Shown one piece after another: positions 33,899 through 45,800 of a stretch of 64,000 nucleotides of DNA (position 1 is its first letter; every line of letters begins with the position of its first letter). The position numbers were made by a program, and so were the translations under genes. The stretch is taken from positions 682,001 through 746,000 of the forward strand of contig CDLV01000006.1 of the NCBI GenBank assembly GCA_001244265.2. The letters run 5' to 3'. The stretch is from Microbotryum violaceum. Taxonomy: Eukaryota. Below the pieces are notes generated by a model. The model saw only the letters and a program-made list of their open reading frames with translations. It was not told the origin of the DNA and searched no databases.

Positions 33899-35687
33899 AT
33901 GGACGCGATCGAGCTTCCCTTTGATCTGGTCGAGTTGATCGTATTCGCACTCGAGGATCGACAGAGCCAGGCTTTCATTCACTCGGCTTGCAACACCTTT
34001 TTCGCGCCAACTGCCAAATCCACGCGCGCAAACTCGTCGACCACGGGGACGGAGGCATATGTAGCGGTTCGACAGGAACCCTCGGGATGCTGGCCCCTCC
34101 TACCTCAAGGATGGAGGGACTATTTTGAAGCTGTCGACCCAGCCCAGAAGGGCGAAGTACTCCAAGACGTCGCAGATGGCAAACTGCGGGTGAGCATCGC
34201 TCGGTGGCCTGGCTTCCAGCGAGAGCTCATCGTTGCGTCGAGTCCAATCGCTCCAGGATGATTACCCGCCATCTCTCTCGTCGTATCTCGACTCGTGCCG
34301 AAGCCTTTCGTTCGATCGCACATGTTCCCCGATCCCGATCTTGGCCCATCCACCGCGCTCACCATCAGGGTACGGACAGCCAGGTCACGTGCCAAACGAC
34401 ATCGGTGTCGGTGCCGCCCCTGACTTCAAGTTTGACCCATCGATCGGCACCAAGGGAAGGAGACTACGACAGGGACAGAATCCCAAGAAATCTCACGAAG
34501 TCGATCGCTTCTCTCACCTCGTTCAAGAGATCAAATCGACCAGGCCCGGGATCACGAACATCATCGACGTCGGCTCGGGAAGGGTGAGCTCGCGTGAGCG
34601 CTCGTCTCACGCCCGCTTGATCAGAGAGCTGACGCAGTGATCGTATCATATGCTCATATAGGGACATCTATCACGTGTACTCACGCTGCCACCCCTGAAG
34701 CTCGATGTTCTCGCCGTCGATTGGTCGTCACGGCAGATCTCGGGATCCGAATATCTCGAGACCCTCGGCAAAGCACCTTCGGCTCCTAACCAAATCGAAG
34801 TCCAGCCATCCGTTGATACACCGGCAATGAGCCTAGCTCCCGACAAAGGCACCTTGACTCATCTCACATCTTCATTGGATGCCCCGTCGATCGCGCAACT
34901 CTACGCCCTGCCCCAGGCTGCCGAAAATGCCGAGCCACCAGCACGAGACGTCGAGCCAGCAATGTTGATCACCTTGCATGGATGCGGCGACTTGACCATC
35001 TCCGCACTCCAAGGTCTCTTTCTCGCACCTTACTCGCTCCCGACTGCGATCCTTGTTGGCTGCTGCTACAACCTGCAAACGCCTTCCTCGTTTCCGCTTT
35101 CTGATTGTGTCGCTCGAGCGCTCGGCGCCACCTCACTAGGGTCAGAAGCGAAGCAACCAATGACACGTTCACATCTAAGGATCTCACCTCAATCTCCTGG
35201 GTTGTGGTACCTCACCCCCACGAGTCAACAAGAGCTCAAGGAATCGATCGTCAAACTGGGTTATCGAGCACGACTTGAAGCCGAACTAGCGGCCCAAGGT
35301 TTAGGCTCCGAAGGGCAACGTCGTGTAGGAAGGGTGTCCAAGTCGCAAGACTTTGACGACTATCGTCTCAAAGCTTTGAGCAAATACGGCGAAACGGAGG
35401 TCCCTCGCTTGAGATTCGGGCCCGACGAGATGGGCGAGGAAAAGGCTTGGATCGAGGCGTTGTACCAGTTGCAGGTGTTTTGGACGTTGAGGTGTCATCT
35501 GGGACCTGTTCTGGAGACGTTGTTGGTTTTGGATAGGTTCGCATTCTTGGTTGAGCGGTTGGGGGAGGTTGAGCAGGAGCAGGAGCAGGAGCAGGGTTCG
35601 TCGAGGAGGTCATTGGTGTTGGAGTTGAGAAATTTGTTCGATCAGAGCTCGGGGAGCGTGAGGAATATGGCGCTGGTGTTGAGGTAG
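33899..35687 (+). CDS. RRNAD1/METTL25B-like SAM methyltransferase (Methyltransf_32), 3 exons
   Basis: KKSHEVDRF, IIDVGSGRGHLSR, LHGCGDL, VGCCYNL, LETLLVLDR, and a terminal S-RN motif. Confidence 0.85.
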
Positions 35688-36068
35688 AAAGATTGAAATC
35701 AAGTCATGCTTCAAGAAGACATAAATCAGCTCCTTCCAGCTGGCTTCGTATAGCACTCGAGTCGATGACGCACCGAGATCGACCACTCGCCCAAGTTTAA
35801 TTTCCCATCTGTCGATTTTCCCAGGTTATTCTCGTCGTGCGAATGGTGCTTCATCCCTTCGTCTCGAGCGCATTTTTTGTGGAATGGGATAGGTGTGAAT
35901 AAATCTTGTGCCTGGCCATGGAGCTGTGGTGGCGTTTTTCTGAATATTTAATGGTAGGCTCGTGCTAAAGAGCGAGTTGGCCCGTGCTAGAGCGCTAGAG
36001 CGCTAGAGAGCGATGAAGGAAAAAACGGCGAGAGGAAAAACAGGAAAAGAGGCGAATTGAAACTTTTC

Positions 36069-36154
36069 CTGCTCGTTTTAGCTGACTGCTCGTTTTAGCT
36101 GAGACGTTTTTCTGAGGGGGGCGGCGAAGGCGCGCGCGCAGAAAGCTATAAAAG
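36069..36154 (+). promoter_or_regulatory. U3 promoter: 17-bp tandem repeat and TATA box
   Basis: CTGCTCGTTTTAGCTGA twice (36069-36102); TATAAAA at 36147-36153, about 40 nt before the predicted U3 5' end. An RRPE-like TGAAACTTTT lies just upstream. Confidence 0.55.
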
Positions 36155-36189
36155 CCGGGTCCAAGGTGCAACCTTCCTTTCTCTTCTTC

Positions 36190-36790
36190 AGACCACACTC
36201 AGTGAGCAAAACCGCACCAACATGTTCGCATCCACCTTGCCACCCCAGCCCACTGACCCATACATCCCCTTCATCGTCACCTTCTTCCTCTGCGATTCTC
36301 CTCTACTCCTGCCTCATAGGTCAGGATCTATTTACAGGTTAGTCGCTGCTTCCTGCTTCACTGCCTCTTTAGCTTCGCAGCCAGCCAGCCTGGTCGCGGC
36401 GCTTGCGAAGCTCGAGCGGCCCTAAGCTACCATCGAACACGTACTGACCTCATCCACCTCGCCCCTTCACTACCCAACAGTTCCTTTCCGATGTTGTCTT
36501 GCTGACTCAGAAGAGCCACAATTCGTTTGCGGGTCACGATGATTGATCGGCCGTCATCACCGTTTCGCAGAGTGAGAACCTTTTGCCTATGCTTCCTCTT
36601 TTTGGCCTCGGTCTTGAGGAAGAGGACGTGGGCTCGATGAACTCGGCCGGATTCACCTTGCCTTCTTTATGAAAGTACTGTCGTGGCTCTTGGATTGGCT
36701 CGCTTGCTTGGCCTCGTTGTCATTCAAGACCCTTCTGTTTTGGAGCCTGTGCGATCCGTGCCTGGTGGTGACGGACCTTTCTGAACCTGC
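36190..36790 (+). ncRNA. U3: U3 snoRNA with two spliceosomal introns (36202-36319, 36338-36480)
   Basis: Spliced 5' end GACCACACTCA-GTCAGGATCTATTTACAG (GAC/A'/A boxes), then AAGAGCCAC, box C' GATGA (about 36538), box B AGAGTGAG (36569), box C GATGA (36636) and box D CTGA (36781). Terminal stem GCGGGT/ACCTGC. Confidence 0.85.
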
Positions 36791-38074
36791 CACAATCAGT
36801 TGTAGTTGCTTTCTTTTTGTTGTCTAGTAATGATAAACGCCCCGAGTTGTGCTCTGAACCTTCCTGACTTGTTGCATTCTGCGAGAAGTAAAAAGTAATC
36901 GCTTTGCGAGCCTTGAGGCCTAAGGAGCTTGCCAAGCTCGAGATGCACCCTATCCAAGTTGGCTTGATCCTTTCTCCAGGGGCCCGGGACCAAGCGAAGC
37001 ATAGATATAAGAACTGAAAGCAACAAAATCATAATGCCGTAGTAGTGGATGGATTCCCTCATGTTGTCGTTCGGCTCTCCTGACCACTCGCGCGAGTCGT
37101 AGCGGAATAGTGGTCCGAGTTGCAGCAAGACGAAGGACAACATATGACAATTGGGAGCTTTGCGACCCAAGCTTCTGGATGTCAGTCGGCTGCAACTGAT
37201 GAAGGAGCAAGTCCACTGATCGTCTCAGCATACCTTTGCGACAAAGGCAAGACACTGTATAAAGACAGTTGTGGCGCGGTTGGTGCAAAGGACGGCAAAG
37301 GGTCTGCTGAGAGATATGCGATTTAGCTCGTTGCCCAACAAGGACTCGGAGCAAAATGCCCCCACAAAGAATTCGCAGGGATCCAAGTGCAAAGTACACC
37401 GTGCAACAAGCTTGGGTGTCTCGAAGCACTTACCTCGAGCTACTCTAAGCGAGCCACGTCGAGGGTTTCATTACGAGCTGCTAAAAGCTGTGAACGTCCG
37501 GCAAGATGGAACTCTCGATCAGCGACCTCGTCAGCTGGGAGGTAGTCTTGGGAGTGAGGAACGCACCTGTCCCTACAGGTGGTGAACGCAGCCACAGAAG
37601 CTGGTAAGGAAACGTCGACAACGCAGTGAAGGCCCAAAAGGGAACGTGCGTTGCGAGTACCGCCCGTGAGCCCGCGTGTGTAGGAAGCACAGCTATAGCA
37701 TCCACGGGGGAGAGAGGGTCCGTGCGCGCGAGCCCGAATCGGCGCAGGACCCCCGAAAGCCCAGCCGGAGGCGCATTTTTTTTTTTTTTTTGACGTTTTG
37801 AGGACCCAAAATCCTGAAAATCGTCGAAGCGCATTGCAAAAAATTGACATTTTGAGACGAAACACACGTTTCGCCCACGAGGCGCATGTCCAGATTTTGA
37901 CATTTTCCCGTGAGTCGGCCCAATTTTGGCCTACCGCATGACTTTGGGCCGGTTTGCCTTCGCTTCGAGATGCTCGCGCTTGAACAAGTCACTTAGTACT
38001 AGCCATCTTCGGTGATCACTTGAGTTAAGTGGCTGTGAGGGATTAGGCCGATTAGATATTGAAGGGGCGCACTA

Positions 38075-38973
38075 TTTCGAAGCCTGGGATTTGGTGACAA
38101 CGCTGAACCCCCCCGAACTTTCCAAGAGCCCGAATCTGGAGCGGTGGGCAACACACGTCCTCTACTTCCCAGCAGGCCACGGAATCCGACTCTCGGTGAA
38201 CCCGACGCTTTTCCGAGGACCCGATGGCGAGGTGATGACTCCGTCTTCGTTTGTGAACGCGTCCAAACGCCACCAAGCCTTCCTCTACCCTCCTATCCTC
38301 CCTCTCGGTCATCAGAGGGTTTTCTGTCTCCCCGAGCAACGCTGGAATGCCTGGTGGAAGGCGCTACGCAAGATTCGCAGGGTTCATTCGGACGCCGAAG
38401 ACACGGCCCACCTCCTCTCCCTAGGTTCACTTCATCCAGGTAGCCAAATCGCTTCTCCAAATAGCCGTTCTCTCCACAATCGATCTACCGCATGTGTCAT
38501 GTGCCTGTCGGAGGCTCCGGAGACCCTGGCACACCTTGCGGTCGGTTGCCCGTTTGCCCGCCGCCTCTGGTCTGCGCTCACTCCTATCCCACACCCCGAC
38601 TTTGTTCAGTTCGTGTGCCCGGTCGTTTCTCGCTCGGAACGCCGACCCGTCGAGCTGCGTCTACTCTTCTTCCACGCGATCTGGAAGCTCTCTCGTCGCC
38701 GTCGATTTTCGTCGGATCCTCTGGAGCCGATCGCCGAAACGGCATTTGAGGAGCTCCGCGCGTCCATCCAGGAGTCCAAGGGACGACTGGTTTCGCTGTA
38801 ACCGCCTAAGGGGTTTTAGTGGGTATGGTTGATTTTGTTCCAAGGTCAACGAGTCCCACACTACTGGCCTCGCCAGTGTGCTTAACTGCATTCCCTCCGT
38901 CTTTTCCGAGGATTTTTAGGCATTAATATAGATATGCTGTTAATGAAATCTATTAGATAAAAAAAAAAAAAAA
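38075..38973 (+). mobile_element. Young 5'-truncated L1/Tx1-like LINE (zf-RVT end, 3' UTR, A15)
   Basis: CVMC..ETLAHLAVGC zinc finger and a poly(A) at 38959-38973. Near-identical to the reverse complement of 40431-41323. Confidence 0.92.
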
Positions 38974-40430
38974 GGTTCCGTTCCGCTTCACTTTGGTCCG
39001 AGATTGGAGCATAGCACAACATCATCATCCCATGCAGGCCTTGAACGATGCCTTCGATTGATTATTGCCGCTCACCAACATGAACATGACGATCGCCGAG
39101 CTCCTGTTTGAACAGATTTGTCACAGTACCTTTGGATAGTCTTTCTTTCCTTTAGACAACTTAGAGACGACTTAGACGAGATCAACCTGACACGAACCGA
39201 ACACGTCAACAGTCGATTGTAGCAGTTCTCGCGACCTTTGAGGGATCAAACCCTTACAGTCATGAACGGTCCGGTGCGGCACTCTGGTTCAAAATGTACG
39301 AATGTCATTTTCTTCAGCTGGGCTATCGGAGAGCCCATTGGTCCGGCTCTCCAGAGCATTACCGGCCGGGGCAGACCTGACTTTTCCGTGCATTCCGGAA
39401 GGTTATCTTATCTTTCCAGTCTTTTGCCCAACCGGTGCTGTGGTCGCGAATCGCATGACAGCAGCGTTCAACGCCCCGTCTCGACACCGGGCCAGGCTTC
39501 TCGCAGCGAGGTACGAAAATTTTGGCGGATCCTGCCGTTCTGTTTGACCACATCGAGTCACAGCCAAGATCGCATAGTCCCTGAAAATGAGGAGTTGCGA
39601 CTTACCCCAAAGAGCCGACTGCTCGGGACAAGATCGAGGAAACTTATGAGGGTCACGGTGGCGCAGTGAGAGACATACCAAACCCCGAAACGGTCCACTA
39701 CGAGTGACAGTAATCGAACGGACCCCTATGCCATCAGTCTTTGACACTCAAATGACACTCAAAGCCGCAGAAATAAGCTTTCAGGACTAACATCCCTCGA
39801 ACTCTTCGTGATCGACCCTCAGCCCCTTCAAGCCTTCCAGCACTTCCTACGTCCTCCGAATGCGTGAATGCGTCGTGAATAGGGCGGCGGGTGCACTTTT
39901 CAGGCGTTCAACCTACGAGTATGCTTTCCCAATTCTCGATAAAAATGCTCCACACCATCGCCAGACCTCTGCACCGCATCCTCCTGAACCCCACGATCAG
40001 TGACAAGATATTTCCCTCGAACGTGAAGCCCGATGAATGGTGGCGGGGTGTTGAACTCGTTTCCGAGCGGGCCTCTAAGGTCGATGGAAAAAGCTGGTAG
40101 GTGATGACATGTATATCATTGTGGAAATGTAAGTGGAAGTGGAGGTGCTTGCCGACGCGAGTCCAGGAGGGGTCGTGCGAACCGAGGTTCTCGAACGAAG
40201 TTGGGTCGATATGAGTCTGCCAGCGATGAAACGGACAGGGTAAAGTGCAGACCGAGACAAGACGGATCAGTACCAGCCAGCTGAGCTCATCCATAGATAT
40301 GGACTTGGAACTGCCCCGCTCTGGACGAACCTGAACACCTATCGTTGAGGCAATAGACCTGCTGTTCAGGCGGTGGAAATTCCTCTTCCACGCCGTCCCA
40401 TTTCTCCCGCGCGATCTCCCCTAACGCTTC

Positions 40431-42815
40431 TTTTTTTTATCTAATAGATTTCATTAACAGCATATCTATATTAATGCCTAAAAATCCTCGGAAAAGACGG
40501 AGGGAATGCAGTTAAGCACACTGGCGAGGCCAGTAGTGTGGGACTCGTTGACCTTGGAACAAAATCAACCATACCCACTAAAACCCCCTTAGGCGGTTAC
40601 AGCGAAACCAGTCGTCCCTTGGACTCCTGGATGGACGCGCGGAGCTCCTCAAATGCCGTTTCGGCGATCGGCTCCAGAGGATCCGACGAAAATCGACGGC
40701 GACGAGAGAGCTTCCAGATCGCGTGGAAGAAGAGTAGACGCAGCTCGACGGGTCGGCGTTCCGAGCGAGAAACGACCGGGCACACGAACTGAACAAAGTC
40801 GGGGTGTGGGATAGGAGTGAGCGCAGACCAGAGGCGGCGGGCAAACGGGCAACCGACCGCAAGGTGTGCCAGGGTCTCCGGAGCCTCCGACAGGCACATG
40901 ACACATGCGGTAGATCGATTGTGGAGAGAACGGCTATTCGGAGAAGCGATTTGGCTACCTGGATGAAGTGAACCTAGGGAGAGGAGGTGGGCCGTGTCTT
41001 CGGCGTCCGAATGAACCCTGCGAATCTTGCGTAGCGCCTTCCACCAGGCATTCCAGCGTTGCTCGGGGAGACAGAAAACCCTCTGATGACCGAGAGGGAG
41101 GATAGGAGGGTAGAGGAAGGCTTGGTGGCGTTTGGACGCGTTCCCAAACGAAGACGGAGTCATCACCTCGCCATCGGGTCCTCGGAAAAGCGTCGGGTTC
41201 ACCGAGAGTCGGATTCCGTGGCCTGCTGGGAAGTAGAGGACGTGTGTTGCCCACCGCTCCAGATTCGGGCTCTTGGAAAGTTCGGGGGGGTTCAGCGTTG
41301 TCACCAAATCCCAGGCTTCGAAAAAGCGGATCCATCGTGGAGGGAGCAGGGCCTTCGTCTTCCTCACTGCGCGTTCCCACTGTGGAGGAGGGTGGCAAAA
41401 GTAGGCCCACCAGATCCAGACCCACGAGCGACGATGTGGGTTGGGGCCTGATTTGGGCAAGGTAAAGGGGGTGCGTTCGTTCGCCGCCTGAAGGCGAGTG
41501 CGGATGTCGAAGAGGTGCCGAATGAAGCAGCCGTCCGGGTCCCGAAGATGAAAGACCCACTTGGCGTGATCGACCGCGAGGCGCCGAGGTAAGTCAATCA
41601 AGCCAAAGCCGCCGTGGTCGAGAGGGGTGCAGAGGCGCAGCCGAGAGACCTTCGGGGGTTTCTGAGATCCGTCCGAGGCTCGACCGTGGATAGCGATCAT
41701 GACCGCGTCCTCGATCTCCTTGACGACGCTCTTGGAAGCTGGGATGAAACGATTATGGTAGAGAATCTTCGTGTAGCAGTAGATATTGATTATCGAACAT
41801 TTCGCTGCGTACGGAAGGTCGTACATTGGGATGGATCGTATCCGGGCGACGGTCGCGGACTTGACCTCCTCCCAGCCCGCATCCTCGGCGATGTCCACCC
41901 CAACCTGCACTCCCAGGTAACGAAACTGCGAGTCGCTGAGACGCCAGGACCCGAGGTGTGAAGGGATCGGACGGTCCCTGAATGACCCGAGGGGGTAGAG
42001 GAAAGATTTGGCGTTGCTGAGCTTGCTGGCACTTGCCCGCTCGTACAGCTCGATCGCCCGATTGAGGTGGTCGAGGTCCGAGGTGTCGTGGAGAGCACAG
42101 CAGGCATCGTCGGCAAAGAGAAGTTCTCGTATGGTTGGGAGTCCCGGGCTCGCGATGCCTTGACTTGTGACCGCAACTGTACGGCGAAGCCCTCAATTGC
42201 GAGAACGAAGAGCGACGGAGCCAGCGGGTCGCCTTGTCGAACTCCCGAGAGGATATCGAACGCGGCCGAGAGCCATCCGTTGAGGTAGATTGAGGCGGAT
42301 TGGTTTGTATAGGTCGCTCGGTACCATTGGCAGGCTTTCGGGCCAAGGCCAACGGCGCTGAGGACTGCATCGATGTAGGTGTGGGAAAGACGGTCGTAAG
42401 CCTTCTCGAAGTCCATCACTGCGAGCAGACCGGACACCGGCTCTGAACCCGGGAGCCCAGGATCCATGAGACACTGCACCTCGGCGATGTTCGTGCCAAT
42501 CCAGCGGTTCGGAATGAAACCGCGCTGGGTCGAGCCGATCAGGGTCTCGAGCAGAGGGGCAAGGCGCTGGTTGTGGGCTTGGGAGATGATGCGTTCATCA
42601 GCGTTGATGAGTGATATGGGGCGTTTGTTCACCAGCCGATCCCTCTCGCCGCGCTTGTGGATGAGGTGGATGTGGGCAGTGTGGCGGGCCGACGTTCGAG
42701 AACTGGCGTCGTCGGTGGGGATCGAGTTGATGACGTCGCGGAGGATGGGGCCTGTGGCTGTCCACGTTGCGCGGTAAAACTCGACCGGGAGACCGTCGGG
42801 TCCAGGCGAGGAGTT
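40431..42815 (-). mobile_element. Young 5'-truncated L1/Tx1-like LINE (RT to poly(A)), one frameshift
   Basis: SSPGPDGLPVEFY, RPISLIN, DFEKAYDRL, GVRQGDPLAPSLF, a 1-nt frameshift near 42158 before LFADD, GGFGL, zf-RVT, and T8 at 40431-40438. Confidence 0.94.
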
Positions 42816-45800
42816 CGACTTACACGCCTCTTGTGCCTTTGTTATCTCCTCTAGGGGGTACGCTCCTTCGAGCTTGTCCGAATCGGCAGGGGATAGGCGA
42901 GTCGAGGCTTCGCTATCTTTGCAACTCGCAATGAATTACACTGCGGTGAAATTGAGCGCCTACCCGTATCTCTCCTCATCGGACCAATACGTCACGTTGA
43001 TGTCGAACTCTGCGATTTCCTCAGTTGGTGCTCCGATGCCCCAACAAAAGAGCTTCACCCTCGACCCGACCAGTTTGATTCCGGCCTATTTGAGGGTTGG
43101 CCCACCGATTCTTTAGACGAAGCGGTCGAGGTCGTAGAATTCGGGGAATGCCTCATCCATTTCTTGGTTTCGGAGTTGCATCAGTCGCGGTCTGGTACAT
43201 TGAGATGAAAGTGAAGCACTTTTGGTCGTACGAACCTCAAACTGCGAACCTTCGGTCCGGGAATTCGATGATGGTACGTGTCTGGTGAAGTATCGACTCA
43301 CAATATGGCGACCCGATCCAGCAGTTGAGCGAGGTGCATGATCTCTCAGACGATAAGTAATTGGTTCGCTGCGCAGTCGCACTCGTTTCGCCCAGCAGAA
43401 AGGAGTAGCTTGGCAATACGGACCTCCTGCTAGCCTTGGTGGAATGCAATTCGTGGTACGCACAACGTCCGGAAGACGGAAGGGTGGATGGCTACTTGGT
43501 GCTTATCCTCGAGGGTTGTCTCGCAAACTTGAGCCGTTCGCTCGAGTGGAGGGCCTGTCGAAACGAAAGTGAGCGTGGGCGCAGAAGGTGAGATCAGTGT
43601 CTCGCTCCGATTGGCAGGCTAATACCCGTTGTTTTGTACCTGTTTAGCGGAGATATCTTCGTATTATCATGCTCATCTTCTTCCACGGTCGACGTCGCGC
43701 CTAGCCAAGCTCCAAAATCGACCGGTCGCTTCAACGCAATCCGGGCCGACTGCAGGCTGATGGTCGATAACCGACCCGTGGACCCGACGTAGGACATGAC
43801 TACGACCAGGATACCTTGACCTATGATGATAAGGGTGATGGGTCCCCGAGAGTGTGGGAGTAGTCTGTAGAAGCCGACCCGTCGTCTTCGGGCATGTCTC
43901 TGGGCCTGACTCTTCTTCCACGGACCGTTATGAGGTGATGGATGCATGTTGGGTAGGTGGTCAATGAACGGTGTCAGCAACTTGGGTCATAGAATGCCGG
44001 TGCTGGACAAGGGCGGGTGTACAGCGTGCGCAGGGTCAACCTTGATTGAGCTGCCGACGTGGTCGAGCTCACCCAACGGTCCAACGGTCGAGGCTGCTTG
44101 GCGTCGCAATCGAGTGTTCGGTCGAGGTCAAGGTCATGGTCACGTGATCTGACTCGGAGCGGATAAAGAGAACGTATGATAAGGAAGTGATACTAACGCT
44201 AGGTGTGGCATTTGAGGGAGCGCTGGTCGGGAACCCTTCGTCCACGGGACTCTCCATTGAGCTCCTAAGTGGGCCAACGTCAGAAAGGGAGTCCACTCAG
44301 CAACAAGCCAGTTCGAGGAGCGAGTATCTGAGCAATTAAGTAGGAATTAACTGTTCTGGATGTGCGTGAGAGTCAGGATACGTCTGTAGTCGTGACACGA
44401 ACCGGCGAACGAGTCCGAGTCATCGAGTTTCGGTCGAGAGCCCAGACGTCCAGACGTTGGCCTGCTGCCACCGAGTCGCTTAGTCGCCAATCAGTTAATC
44501 AGTAATCAGTATCATGGCCGGCAGCGGCAGCGGGTGGGTAGACGGCGGTACACATCACCTCTCAGAGGTACGTGCGGCGTTGGCTGCAGAACATCCATCT
44601 ATGCTGTTCGCTGGCCAATCCGCAGTAAAGTCAATAGAAGTACAAAATCAAATTCATGGAATATATTTATTCACAGCCTGACTTTTCTACTCGAACAAGG
44701 GAAGGTTGGTGGAAGCCCTTTATGCCAGCTTTCGCCCGCGCTAAAATCACTTTCAGGGTGAGGAAGTGGCCACTTTGGTGGGCTTCGTTTCCCAAAACTC
44801 ATACCGCTGGACCTGGCCAACGCCCTTGGTAGTACTCGAGTCATCGACCCAACGAATCATCGATTTAAGGATCATCGAGCATCTAATGTAGTACACCTTC
44901 AAAGGTCTGAACCGATCTGAAGGGGCTCCCATCCTCCCTTTGCTTCCACACGCCCCCACCCCCACTCGGTGCGAAACCGGCCCAGCCTGGCAGTCGCCTC
45001 GCTGGCAGCCGTCCGCCGTCGCCTCTACGTGTGCATATGTGTGCATGCATGCGCACACCAATGCATACTCTTACAGACCCGTTTTTATTCCCTCTACACG
45101 GCATCGCACGGCTATACACCCTGGTGCACGCTCGGATCGTGTCGGCCTTCTGCGACCTGCTTCGCCACCGCCGAGGGCACGTCGAGCCGAAGCGAAGAGG
45201 GAGCCGGGCGGGGAGCATGATCCACGAAGAATAATGAGCGGGACAGTAGGCGATATTAAGGTTCAGCGACAGAGTGAGTATACCTGTGGGAGGCTTGGCA
45301 GGAACGTGCAAGGGGGAAGTGAATCGAGCGAAGGGCACGACCGGGCTCAGGCTACTCGGCGATCAAAAACCCTTTGGAGTGGGCTGAGATGAAGTCGGAT
45401 CAAGTCCATACTAGTGTAGGTCCCTAATCAGCTTGGACCAGTATTGGTGCACACGTGTTGATATTGATGCACTGCGATGCAGCCGTATGCATCGACGTGC
45501 AGTTTCGGCGCCTTGAACGCCCGGGTTCTGGCGCGAGACGCCCGGGTCGATTAGGATCGGCATCCCAGGGCATGCATCCCGTGCATGACAGTGTACATCG
45601 GTGCAGCTTAACAGGAAAGACATTGAAGCCCAGAAGCAGAGTTATGCATGCCCATGCACAAGCATGGTCCACTCGCAGAAAGCCGCCCGCGACCGATGGT
45701 CTCCTAAGCAGCGGAATCACTTTGTAGCAGAAGATATCTACTGGATCTCGATTCCATTCGTTGGCGTACAGGAATCACTGTTTGACTATTTTGGCGGCCC

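Noticed and set aside
36222-36425. 67-aa ORF downstream of a TATA box
   Set aside because: It lies almost entirely in the two predicted U3 introns and has no protein motif.
38974-40430. Exon-like pieces between the paired LINEs
   Set aside because: I could not assemble a coherent frame or recognise a family.
42820-44300. Minus-strand ORF fragments next to the LINE 5' end
   Set aside because: Multiple stops and no recognisable motif; a pseudogene is possible but unsupported.
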